From Elusimicrobiota bacterium (lineage in GTDB: Bacteria; Elusimicrobiota; Elusimicrobia; F11), in assembly GCA_046153645.1 (NCBI GenBank), contig JBJXGI010000104.1, positions 1-51,395 of the forward strand: DNA of 51,395 nt. The letters run 5' to 3'. Below the pieces are notes generated by a model. It was not told the origin of the DNA. It made no database searches and worked only from the letters and a program-made list of their open reading frames with translations. Position numbers and translations under genes: made by a program. This document shows positions 1-9,049 of the stretch, one piece after another; within the stretch, counting starts at the first letter, position 1; each line of letters begins with the position of its first letter.

Positions 1-1
1 T

Positions 2-3000
2 ATGAAGCCCAAAAAAGCGATCGTAGCCAGCAGCCTAGCGTTGCTCATTTTAATGAATGATGTGATATTGAGTCATTCGATGGAGATGAGCCTATGGAGA
101 GAAAGAGGAATAGCGCGAGGGGTTGGGGCCGTAAAGATTCCTCCTGCGAGGCTAACAAACACCGCTTTGAAAGGTGAAGAAGAGATCACTGAAATCCTCA
201 ACAAACTTCCCAGTGATATGGGAACCGTCCAAAAAACCAATATTTCACTTAACCCAGATAAACCCACTGTTATTCATATTCAAGATATTCACATGAACCT
301 AGAAGCGCAAAAGAATGTGAAGAATATCATTGATGTATTGGTGCACAAAGGGAATGTGAAATTGATTGGCTTGGAAGGAGCGTTTGGGAAGATAGATCTA
401 GAAGATTATAAAGAGTTGAAAGAAGAGACAAGAAAGCAGGTGGCCGACAGTTTTCTTGAGAAGTTGGATATCGGAGGACCGCTGTACTTTGGGCTAACGC
501 AACCTGGCGACGCGAAATTGATAGGAGTAGATGATCCGAAACTATTTAAGAAGAACTGGGCCGCGGTGAAGAATGTGTCTGGGAGCGCGGAAGCATTGAG
601 AGGAGTATTGGAAGAGCGAAGCCGAAAGATAGAGGGAAAAAAGAAAGAAGAGTTGAACAAAGATTTGAAGAAGTTCGATGCGATGGTAGAGAGTTACCGA
701 AAGAATCTGATTCCACTTAAAAAATATATAACAACCCTCCATGAGGAATACCAGATCAATAAGCCAAACATTGTTTATTTTAAAGAAGCTGTGAAGTTAG
801 AAGAGCGGTTAAAGATGGAAACGATCAACCGAAAGAGAGATGAGTTTATTGGAGAAGTGCTGAGGAAGTTAACGGAGGAAGAGAGATACGGATTGGTTGA
901 ATTGGCGCAGAGACAGAAACAATCGAATGTGAGTGGGAGTGTATTTTTCGAGGAATTATTTAAATTAGCGAAGAAAGAAGGGATCAAGACCATCCCGAAA
1001 GAATTAACGGACTATGTGAATTACACAAAAGTAAACGAGAAGATGGATATAGAAGGGCTCATGAAAGAGTTGTATGAGAGTGAGCAAGAGATATATAAGA
1101 AGTTGAGCAAAACAGAAGAAGAGAAAGAGTTAATAGAGAGAGGGGAGCGAATTTATTTCACTGAGAAGCTGGCGAATTTTTCGTTAACTCCGGAAGATTG
1201 GAGAAACTACAGAGAGTTAAGTAAGAAAGGAAATGAGATTGGTCAATTTAAAGAATCGTTTGAGTCCTTTTATGAATTGGCAAAGAAAAGAGATGAAGCG
1301 ATAGCGAAGAATGTGAGAGAAGCGGTTAGAAAAGAAGAGAAAAAGATCATTATTTTGGTAACAGGAGGATTCCATTCGGAAGGGATCCAAGAGGAGTTGA
1401 AGAAAGCGGGGATGAACGTGATCAAGGTGTCACCGTACGTGAACTTAGTGGAGGCGGTATCTGGGACGAAGAGTTTGATGGAAGTAGCGGGAAAGAAGTG
1501 GATGATGGACGATTTATTTGTAGAAGGGAACACGTATTTAACGCAGCCTGTGTTAACGGCAGGTTTAGAGAGAGATATAACGCACGCGGCGTTATTGAGA
1601 GAAGCGGGTACAGGGGTCGGGGGGCGATTTCAAGAAACAGCAGTGAAGTTATTGAAGAGAGTCAGGCAAGTCCTTGTAGCGAGTTTCACACTAAAAGGAA
1701 GACGCTATCTATTGTTAGGTAGCGCCAATGGAGCTGTTGATTTGGTCAGTAGTCAACAGGGAGATGTCAATACACGATCAATAATGAATTGGCCAATTTC
1801 TGAGGTTTTGTTTTATTTCTTGCGACCTGTTGTTTTTTCCTGGTCTATGATGGCTGAAATGATTCGGTTAAATTTTATTGCAAAACAAGGTGTTTCATCT
1901 GTTAGTGCAGCAGAGGAAGAAGAAACGGCCATTCATTTAGGGCAACTCTCTCGCTGGGAGTGGTTAAAGCGTCATGAGGTTCAAGGGTTGCCATGGTTAA
2001 CATTGGTCATGTTAGTCATTGTTATCAACATTGTTAAACTTGCAATTCGAATTATATATTTGAATTCTTCTCACTATAAAAACCCATCTTTAAAAAGTGC
2101 CATTTTTATTCATTCCTCTTATAATAAATTCTGGGAATATATTCTTGTTCCGTTGGAAATTCATTCAAAAACTTTTGTTTCCTTTTTTCTTTATCCTTTT
2201 TTTAAAAAATTAATTCATTTCAAGTGGTTTGTGCCAGCAAATTTAATAACGGACCCTAAAATCATTGATCTTGCCATGCGAGATATGAGGCATGAAGATA
2301 AACTGCCAGCTGAAGAAGGTGGAGAGACACATCTAAGCGCGTTGCGATTTATGGAAAATCATAGGTTTGTTTTGGATAAACATTTAAAGCCAGAAAAATT
2401 TCCTGATTTTCTTGAGTTTTACCCTTACGGTCAAATAAATTCAAATATATATTTTGGCGTGAGAAATGATTTTCGCCCTTCAAATTTTCCCGATTTATGG
2501 GAAGCTGCCATTAGAGAATATGCAACAAATAACAGTTTGAGGGTTAACTGGCGTGTTCGGCAGAGAGCTTTACATCCCTACCATCGAGAAGTGAACCCTG
2601 ATGATCCAAATGATTTTCTTGTTTTTGAAGCAAAGGTGTTAGTGGGGACGTCTCGTTATAAGCCGGCTTTTTTTGTTAAAAGAAATAAAGGTTGGAAAGT
2701 GTTAAATGGCATATTTGAACCAGATGATGTTCTCGTTGATCCAACAAATCAAGAGCATGTTCACACCTATGGACAGTTTATTAAGGCTCAGGACGAATTT
2801 CAATTTGTTCCTGTGATGATGGATGAATATGAAAGACTCGCATGGAAAGGGCCCGATGGATTAAGATTCAGTGTTGATAGTAATGTGCGCGGGAGACTGG
2901 TTACTCGGGATGAATATGAATATTTAACATCAGTGGATAATAATTTTATTTTAGATCCCCATGGCCAATATTTAATTTATGCAAATACTGTTTTTAGACA

Positions 3001-4336
3001 TATTCAACATGTTGTTGTTATGGAAGCTAAATATAGCAGAGGTATCGTTCCTAAAAGTCTTATAGAAATGCGCCAATTTTGTCGATTTTTTTTGGGAGCC
3101 ACTTCCAAATATAATGACCTTTTGAGTTTACTTGTCCCTGTTTTTGCCCCTCATATTCAATTCGATAAAACCGATTTGTTTAAGTTTGACCCCAATAACG
3201 CCTATGATCTCGTTGTTAAAAAAGAACCATGGCGACTCCCAAAAGTAAGAGTCGGGGATCGTAGACCGCCCCCGTACAAAATTGGTAATTGGGAAGATGT
3301 AATGGGTGATCCTGATGATGAAATAAAGCCAGATACTAGCGAAGTTAAAAAAATAAAATTTGAACTCAATCGAATACTTTTTCCTGGCATGCACAAATAT
3401 TGGTTGAAATGGCTTGAAAGATATCCAGAAAAAAAACCTTTCATCGCTGCTATGGCTGGCCTTATAGAAGGGCTTATTCCTTTTGGGATTTTGGTTGCGG
3501 CGTTATTGGGGGGGGCTTCTTCCGCTATTATTATCGGTTTAATGCTTGTATGGGTAGGAGTTAATGGATGGTTTAAATATTTTAAGGGGTTCGTTACCTT
3601 TACAGATAAAGGCCCTGAAGGAAGAACAGGGAAACAAGATTTTCAGGGTTGGGTTTTATCTAACATCACTTCATGGACAAGTCTCATTTTTCTTGGATTA
3701 CTTTTTACCGATAATCTATATATAAAAATATTATGGGTTGTTGTTGGGTTAAGTTTGCACGCGGTTATTAATTTTATTATCGCTACCGTATTAAATTCTT
3801 TACCAAAATCATTGTCTCAAGTGAATACTTCAGCTGCTGTTATTGTGACGGTGGCAGATGAGACATTTAAAACCGATCTCAAGCGATTGGAGAAAATAAG
3901 TCACAAAATGAACGGAGATAATTCTCCTGAAAATAACTTCAAAGGAGTTATTGTTTCTTATGTTGGAAATAAACCGCATCATTTGGCACAATTAAAATTA
4001 GCTGCTCCGGATGCCTTGTTCGTGAAAGGGTTAAGACCAAAGACTCACGGAATTTATGATGTAGCAGATATTTTAAAAATGGCTCAAGTGCAATTAAGTG
4101 AGCTGCCTTCAAAGAAAAATTTAGAAACAGTCATTGATCAATTAGTTAATCCCTTGAGCAAAGAGGGGAATTTTGTTTTTGTCTCATCCAATCTAGAATT
4201 ATTTGATATTCCAATATATTTACAAGGCAGGGTTTGGATACTTTCGAGGATCATGGGAATGATATGGACTATTAATCCTTATCAAACCATAGTAGATAGA
4301 GTCACAAGAGCCAGAGTTTCACTTATTGCTGCTTAA
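2..4336 (+). CDS. Large multidomain membrane protein: signal-like N-terminus, ~550-aa helical N-terminal module, TM segments, central VTC/CYTH-like polyphosphate polymerase-like domain, C-terminal TM bundle and alpha/beta tail
   Basis: 1444-aa ORF. Hydrophobic N-terminus (AIVASSLALLILM). N-module motifs HIQDIHxNxEAQ, LIGLEGA, DDP, TGGFH. VTC-like motifs in order: RHEDK, INSNIYF, RVNWRVR, FEAK, PVMMDEYERLAW, LRFSVDSNV, VVMEAKY, TSKY. Hydrophobic helices flank the central domain. Confidence 0.7.
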   Translation: MKPKKAIVASSLALLILMNDVILSHSMEMSLWRERGIARGVGAVKIPPARLTNTALKGEEEITEILNKLPSDMGTVQKTNISLNPDKPTVIHIQDIHMNLEAQKNVKNIIDVLVHKGNVKLIGLEGAFGKIDLEDYKELKEETRKQVADSFLEKLDIGGPLYFGLTQPGDAKLIGVDDPKLFKKNWAAVKNVSGSAEALRGVLEERSRKIEGKKKEELNKDLKKFDAMVESYRKNLIPLKKYITTLHEEYQINKPNIVYFKEAVKLEERLKMETINRKRDEFIGEVLRKLTEEERYGLVELAQRQKQSNVSGSVFFEELFKLAKKEGIKTIPKELTDYVNYTKVNEKMDIEGLMKELYESEQEIYKKLSKTEEEKELIERGERIYFTEKLANFSLTPEDWRNYRELSKKGNEIGQFKESFESFYELAKKRDEAIAKNVREAVRKEEKKIIILVTGGFHSEGIQEELKKAGMNVIKVSPYVNLVEAVSGTKSLMEVAGKKWMMDDLFVEGNTYLTQPVLTAGLERDITHAALLREAGTGVGGRFQETAVKLLKRVRQVLVASFTLKGRRYLLLGSANGAVDLVSSQQGDVNTRSIMNWPISEVLFYFLRPVVFSWSMMAEMIRLNFIAKQGVSSVSAAEEEETAIHLGQLSRWEWLKRHEVQGLPWLTLVMLVIVINIVKLAIRIIYLNSSHYKNPSLKSAIFIHSSYNKFWEYILVPLEIHSKTFVSFFLYPFFKKLIHFKWFVPANLITDPKIIDLAMRDMRHEDKLPAEEGGETHLSALRFMENHRFVLDKHLKPEKFPDFLEFYPYGQINSNIYFGVRNDFRPSNFPDLWEAAIREYATNNSLRVNWRVRQRALHPYHREVNPDDPNDFLVFEAKVLVGTSRYKPAFFVKRNKGWKVLNGIFEPDDVLVDPTNQEHVHTYGQFIKAQDEFQFVPVMMDEYERLAWKGPDGLRFSVDSNVRGRLVTRDEYEYLTSVDNNFILDPHGQYLIYANTVFRHIQHVVVMEAKYSRGIVPKSLIEMRQFCRFFLGATSKYNDLLSLLVPVFAPHIQFDKTDLFKFDPNNAYDLVVKKEPWRLPKVRVGDRRPPPYKIGNWEDVMGDPDDEIKPDTSEVKKIKFELNRILFPGMHKYWLKWLERYPEKKPFIAAMAGLIEGLIPFGILVAALLGGASSAIIIGLMLVWVGVNGWFKYFKGFVTFTDKGPEGRTGKQDFQGWVLSNITSWTSLIFLGLLFTDNLYIKILWVVVGLSLHAVINFIIATVLNSLPKSLSQVNTSAAVIVTVADETFKTDLKRLEKISHKMNGDNSPENNFKGVIVSYVGNKPHHLAQLKLAAPDALFVKGLRPKTHGIYDVADILKMAQVQLSELPSKKNLETVIDQLVNPLSKEGNFVFVSSNLELFDIPIYLQGRVWILSRIMGMIWTINPYQTIVDRVTRARVSLIAA

Positions 4337-4356
4337 TACTTTCATCTTTTCTCCGC

Positions 4357-4385
4357 CTGTCACCGCGTTGTCAAAAGGGTTTTAC
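4357..4385 (+). promoter_or_regulatory. Pho box-like site upstream of the beta-propeller operon
   Basis: CTGTCAC-cgcg-TTGTCAA-aagg-GTTTTAC: 7-mers at 11-bp period resembling the PhoB consensus CTGTCAT-N4. Same layout as the site at 15938. Confidence 0.75.
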
Positions 4386-4478
4386 CTCTTTGAGATCTCT
4401 ATTTCGCTACCACTAAGTTAAACTTCCCACACCTAACCAAACAAGAGCAATGTTCTTTAAGCTTTTGGACGTTGTGCG

Positions 4479-5420
4479 TTGAAATCAAACATAAAAATGA
4501 AAATCAATCTCTTTTTAAAAACTCATTATTCTATTCGCTTCATTTTTGGTGGGTTTTTATTTTTTTTGTTCGCATTTTTAAACTTGAGTGCCGAAAGTCT
4601 TGCTGGTCGAACATTTAATAGAACCATAGCCCAGGATTTTTCATTTGACCCACCTTATGGTGATTTTGCCGGAATTACTTATAATCCGCTCACCCAAACC
4701 TATTTTGTGACAGATAACGTTTTAGATGCCATGTTTGAAATTCAATCCAATGGGACATTGATAAGAACAATCGATATTAATGGTTTAAAACGCCCTGGTA
4801 TTGCAACCGCAGATGCCGAGGGGATTGCATGGATGAGAGGTCAGACATTTGCCTTGGCACTTCATGATGGTAAAGAGCTTGCGGTGGTCAATATTGTGCC
4901 AACAACAACTATTCTCAATCGAGGCGATGCAATCATCTATAACATGTCATCGGGTCCAGGAAAACCTAAAGGATTAACCTATGTAGGTCCAGAAGATGCT
5001 TTTTATTGGGTGACAAAAGATATTCCAAAAGCTGTTGTTAAATCTCGCATTAATATAATCACAGGAAACTTAGATACACTTTCAACCAAAAATGTAGATG
5101 TCCTCCCCGCTTCTAATCTTGCTGATATAGCTTTTTTCCCAAGACTCTCTGCGCATACATTTCTCATCAGCGAATCGTCAAAGACTGTGATGGAGGTTGA
5201 TTTATCAGGTCTTTCTGTCGTTTTAAAAAGCAGTTTTTCTCTTACAGGTGCAGTTATTCCAAAAGCAGGCGGGGTGACATTTGGCGCTGATGGAAAAATG
5301 TACATTGTTGGCAAACATATGAGTGCCACTCCGGAAGATGATTTCACTGTTTTTTCGCCAACAGCGCCCATTACAAATAGAGTGCCCAATCCAAGAATTA
5401 AATTCGAATCGACGCCCTAA
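4479..5420 (+). CDS. Secreted YjiK/SdiA-regulated family beta-propeller protein (paralogue A); alternative start ATG 4497
   Basis: Signal peptide (FIFGGFLFFLFAFLNLSA). Blade motifs AGITYNP, DAEGIAW, PKGLTY, LADIAF, AGGVTFGADG. Ends in NRVPNPRI stub. Confidence 0.7.
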   Translation: MKSNIKMKINLFLKTHYSIRFIFGGFLFFLFAFLNLSAESLAGRTFNRTIAQDFSFDPPYGDFAGITYNPLTQTYFVTDNVLDAMFEIQSNGTLIRTIDINGLKRPGIATADAEGIAWMRGQTFALALHDGKELAVVNIVPTTTILNRGDAIIYNMSSGPGKPKGLTYVGPEDAFYWVTKDIPKAVVKSRINIITGNLDTLSTKNVDVLPASNLADIAFFPRLSAHTFLISESSKTVMEVDLSGLSVVLKSSFSLTGAVIPKAGGVTFGADGKMYIVGKHMSATPEDDFTVFSPTAPITNRVPNPRIKFESTP

Positions 5421-5458
5421 ATTTAAGACTTAATAAAGTAGATCGTAAGGAGAATAAA

Positions 5459-6946
5459 ATGAATACCAAACAAAAATTAATAAGGATGATGCAATCATCG
5501 TTTCCAGCCCTGCTGTTTGGGTTGTTAATAATGATGACAACGCGCGTCTTTGCGGGTGATCCTATTTATGTTTATGACAGTAATAATAATGGATCAGAAG
5601 TTGTCACATTAAGTGGCGCTCAAAGCGGTGACCCCGATGGGGCGATTATTGATTATCAATGGAAAGTCAATAACGTCACTGTTTCAAGCGGATATGGACC
5701 TAAAATTCCAAATTTACAGTTTACATTCAATCTCGGCACAACAGGAGTGAGTCTTGTGGTGCGTGACGATGTTCAGGTTTCAAGTACAGATGTTGCTAAT
5801 GTGATTGTATTGCCGCCATCATCTAACAGTCCTCCTGTTGCCAATGCAATAGTTCCGTCTGTGGTTATGGCCAATGCTGTTAATGTGGCATCGGTAACAG
5901 TAAATGCCTCAGCCAGTACTGATGCAGATGGTGACCTTATTACGCGATATAGATGGACAGAAGGAGCGACTACCTATTACGATGGTGCCTCTCCAACAGC
6001 AACTCTGGTTGTCAGTGGTCTTGGGCTTCATAATATTCGGTTGACTGTTTATTCAACAGATAATCTCAATATTACTCAAGCAGGCTTTCGAGATTTCTCT
6101 GTAACATTAGATCCTCTCAGCGTTATGCTAGCCGGGCGCACTTTTAATCGCACCGTCGGCAAAGACTTTAATTTCGGTAACCCAGCCTTTGGGAATTATG
6201 CGGGAATTACATTTAATCCGTTATCACAGACTTATTATGTGACGGAAAATAATCAAGATAAAGTATTTGAAATTCAGCAAGACGCAACATTGATTCGGAT
6301 AATTGATATTGGAGGCCTTAAAGCGGCAGGAATTCCAACGGCTGATGCAGAAGGAATTGCCTGGATGTCAGGAACGAAATACGCGATTGCGCTTCATGAT
6401 GGAAAAGAAATGGCCATTGTTAATATTGTTTCAACAACAACGGCTCTCTCTCGACCTGAGGCGACAATTTACGATATCTCTTCTGGACCGGGGAAACCCA
6501 AAGGTTTGGCTTACGCTGGATGGGAAAATGCGTTTTATTGGGTCGCTAAAGATACACCCAAAGCGGTCATAAAAAGTCAAATCAATCCCATTACAGGTGC
6601 ATTGGAGACATTGTGGTCAAAACTTGTTGATAACTTGCCTGTGTCAGACCTTTCTGATGTTGCAACCTTCCCAAGAATATCTTCTAGTTTGATACTCGTT
6701 AGTGAATCATCTCGAACGGTGATGGAAGCCGACTTAACTGGGCCAACAGCTGTTCTGAAAAGTTCTTTCTCATTGTCTGGATGGAATATTCCTCAAGCGA
6801 GTGGTTTGACATTCAATCAAGATGGGAATTTGATCATTGTGGGTAAATCTGTGGCGAACACACCTGAGGATGATTTCAATGTGTTTGTCGGAACAGCTCC
6901 TATTGCTAATAAGAAGCCAAATCCTCTTATTACTTCGGGACTGTAG
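5459..6946 (+). CDS. Secreted PKD-PKD-YjiK/SdiA-regulated beta-propeller protein (paralogue B)
   Basis: AAGGAG RBS, signal peptide ending VFA. PKD motifs SGDPDGAIIDYQW and STDADGDLITRYRW. Propeller clearly paralogous to A. Confidence 0.75.
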   Translation: MNTKQKLIRMMQSSFPALLFGLLIMMTTRVFAGDPIYVYDSNNNGSEVVTLSGAQSGDPDGAIIDYQWKVNNVTVSSGYGPKIPNLQFTFNLGTTGVSLVVRDDVQVSSTDVANVIVLPPSSNSPPVANAIVPSVVMANAVNVASVTVNASASTDADGDLITRYRWTEGATTYYDGASPTATLVVSGLGLHNIRLTVYSTDNLNITQAGFRDFSVTLDPLSVMLAGRTFNRTVGKDFNFGNPAFGNYAGITFNPLSQTYYVTENNQDKVFEIQQDATLIRIIDIGGLKAAGIPTADAEGIAWMSGTKYAIALHDGKEMAIVNIVSTTTALSRPEATIYDISSGPGKPKGLAYAGWENAFYWVAKDTPKAVIKSQINPITGALETLWSKLVDNLPVSDLSDVATFPRISSSLILVSESSRTVMEADLTGPTAVLKSSFSLSGWNIPQASGLTFNQDGNLIIVGKSVANTPEDDFNVFVGTAPIANKKPNPLITSGL

Positions 6947-6985
6947 GTTAAAACAAGTATGAAATTTTCGTTCCATGGATAAGAT

Positions 6986-9049
6986 ATGAGTATCGAAATG
7001 CTTCGATCAAATATCAAACGAGCAATGTGGCACTTATTAATAAGTGTTATGTTGCTCGTTTCTGTGGGTCGATTATGTGCGGGTGACCCGATATATGTTG
7101 TTGATAATGATGGCAATGGATCGGAGGTTGTTAATTTAAGCGGAGCGCAAAGTGTAGATCCTGATGGGGCCATTATTGATTTTCAGTGGCTGGTTAATAA
7201 TGTGGTTGTCGCCAGTTATTTCGGTCCTCGGATTAGCGACTTTCAATATACGTTCTCACTAGGGACAACAACAGTCAGCTTGGTTGTTCGAGATGATGTG
7301 CAAGTTTCAAACTCAGATGTTGTTAATGTCATTGTTCGGCCTCAAGGTTCTAATCTTCCCCCTGTTGCGGGTGCAAGTGTTCCTCTCATTGGAAATATAG
7401 ATGTAACAGGAGTGGCCACCATTTTTGTGGACGCTTCTTCAAGTAGTGATCCTGAAAATGATGTTATTCACCGGTACCGGTGGATGGAAGGTGCAGCAGT
7501 AATGTACGATGGGTCTTCTTCTACTGCAACCCTTGCTTTGGAAGGTCTTGGGCTTCATACCATTCGTTTAACTGTTTATTCCACTGACAATCAAGGTATC
7601 ACACAATTTGACGTTAAAGATTTTGCCATCAATATTTTCCCTCCAAATGGTGAACGACTGGCCGGGAAAATATTTAATAAGGAATTAGGGTCAGATTTCG
7701 CCTTTAGCAATATTTACGAAGATTATGCGGGTATTACTTTTAATCCATTCACACGAACCTATTATATGGTGGAAAACCAGGAAGATGTGATTATTGAAAT
7801 GCAAGAGGATGGCACTCTTATTCGCACCATTAACATTCATGAATTGAGAAAAACAGGCGCGTTGGAAGCCGATGCAGAAGGAATCACTTGGATGTATGGT
7901 CAAACTTATGCGTTGGTGATGGAAGGAGGCGAAGAAATGGCGATCTTGGACATCACCCCTGCTTCTTCAGCTTTCTCAAGGAATCAAGTTGAAATTCATG
8001 ATCTTTCTGGAGACCCTAAGGGAGTCTCTTATAATCCATTGGACGATGCGATATATTGGGTCAGTCAATCGGGGCCTAAGCGAGTTATCAAAACTCAAAT
8101 AGATCCAGCAACCAGGGAGCTGAAAACAATTTCTAATACCATTGTTGAAAATTTACCGATTGTGGATTTGGCTGATATTGCCTTTTTCCCGCGTTTAACG
8201 CCTTATGCATTATTAATAGGTCAAAATACACCCATCATTTTGGAAGTGGATTTATCGGGCACGCAACCTGTTTTAAAAAGCTCTTTTTCGTTGTCGGGTT
8301 GGAATATTCCAAAGCCCGGAGGATTGGTGTTTGGCGCCAATGCCAAAATACTCATCGTGGGAAAACATGTGGCTGGCACTGCTGAAGATGATTTGAGTAT
8401 ATTTACAGCCACCAGTACCATTCCAAATAAAGCGCCCATTGCTAATTTAGTGGGTCCTGATATTGTTCCAGATTTAAATGGTAGTAAAGATGAGCTGGTG
8501 ATTTTTAAAGGAGAAGGAAGCGTTGATGTTGACGGCTCTATTATTGATTACACATGGAAAGTAAATGACGTTATCGTCGCTTCGGGTTATGGCCCTAAAG
8601 TTTTACCTTTAAATTATACTTTTGCTCTTGGAACATCGACTGTTTCTCTCCTGATTAGAGATGATTCGCAGATTGTTAGCCAAACAAGTTCTGTCGTTAC
8701 AGTGATTGATACTTTTCCTTCAGGGCAGCACCCTTCAGAACCTTTCCGTCAACCAGATGATTTTCCTCGCCAATCGATTAATTATGTCCATCGCAACGCG
8801 TTGGTTCAACAAGCAGAAATTTTTGTTGATTTGAAAACAGAAGGGGCAATTAGAATTCATATTTATGATTCTTTAGGTCAAGAAGTTCGCGAGATTGTAA
8901 CAACTGCTTTTGTCGCTGGTGCTTATCGAATTCCTTGGGATTTACGCAATGCCAGTGGATCTAAAGTTTCTTCTGGAGTTTATTATGTGTTAATAAAAAC
9001 GCCGAGTGAAACCAAACGCGAAAAATTTGTTGTGATGAGGAACGGCTAA
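6986..9049 (+). CDS. Secreted PKD-PKD-propeller-PKD protein with C-terminal FlgD-Ig/T9SS type-A-like sorting domain (paralogue C)
   Basis: Same PKD and propeller motifs as B, plus a third, complete PKD. C-terminus IRIHIYDSLGQEVR...WDLRNASGSKVSSGVYYV...KFVVMR is typical of FlgD_ig/Por-CTD-like domains. Confidence 0.75.
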   Translation: MSIEMLRSNIKRAMWHLLISVMLLVSVGRLCAGDPIYVVDNDGNGSEVVNLSGAQSVDPDGAIIDFQWLVNNVVVASYFGPRISDFQYTFSLGTTTVSLVVRDDVQVSNSDVVNVIVRPQGSNLPPVAGASVPLIGNIDVTGVATIFVDASSSSDPENDVIHRYRWMEGAAVMYDGSSSTATLALEGLGLHTIRLTVYSTDNQGITQFDVKDFAINIFPPNGERLAGKIFNKELGSDFAFSNIYEDYAGITFNPFTRTYYMVENQEDVIIEMQEDGTLIRTINIHELRKTGALEADAEGITWMYGQTYALVMEGGEEMAILDITPASSAFSRNQVEIHDLSGDPKGVSYNPLDDAIYWVSQSGPKRVIKTQIDPATRELKTISNTIVENLPIVDLADIAFFPRLTPYALLIGQNTPIILEVDLSGTQPVLKSSFSLSGWNIPKPGGLVFGANAKILIVGKHVAGTAEDDLSIFTATSTIPNKAPIANLVGPDIVPDLNGSKDELVIFKGEGSVDVDGSIIDYTWKVNDVIVASGYGPKVLPLNYTFALGTSTVSLLIRDDSQIVSQTSSVVTVIDTFPSGQHPSEPFRQPDDFPRQSINYVHRNALVQQAEIFVDLKTEGAIRIHIYDSLGQEVREIVTTAFVAGAYRIPWDLRNASGSKVSSGVYYVLIKTPSETKREKFVVMRNG

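Noticed and set aside
5421..5554. Idea that the gaps between propeller paralogues are introns or stop read-through within one giant repeat gene
   Set aside because: Downstream ORFs B and C each have their own start and a proper signal peptide (B has a clear AAGGAG RBS), and no intron-like structure was seen.
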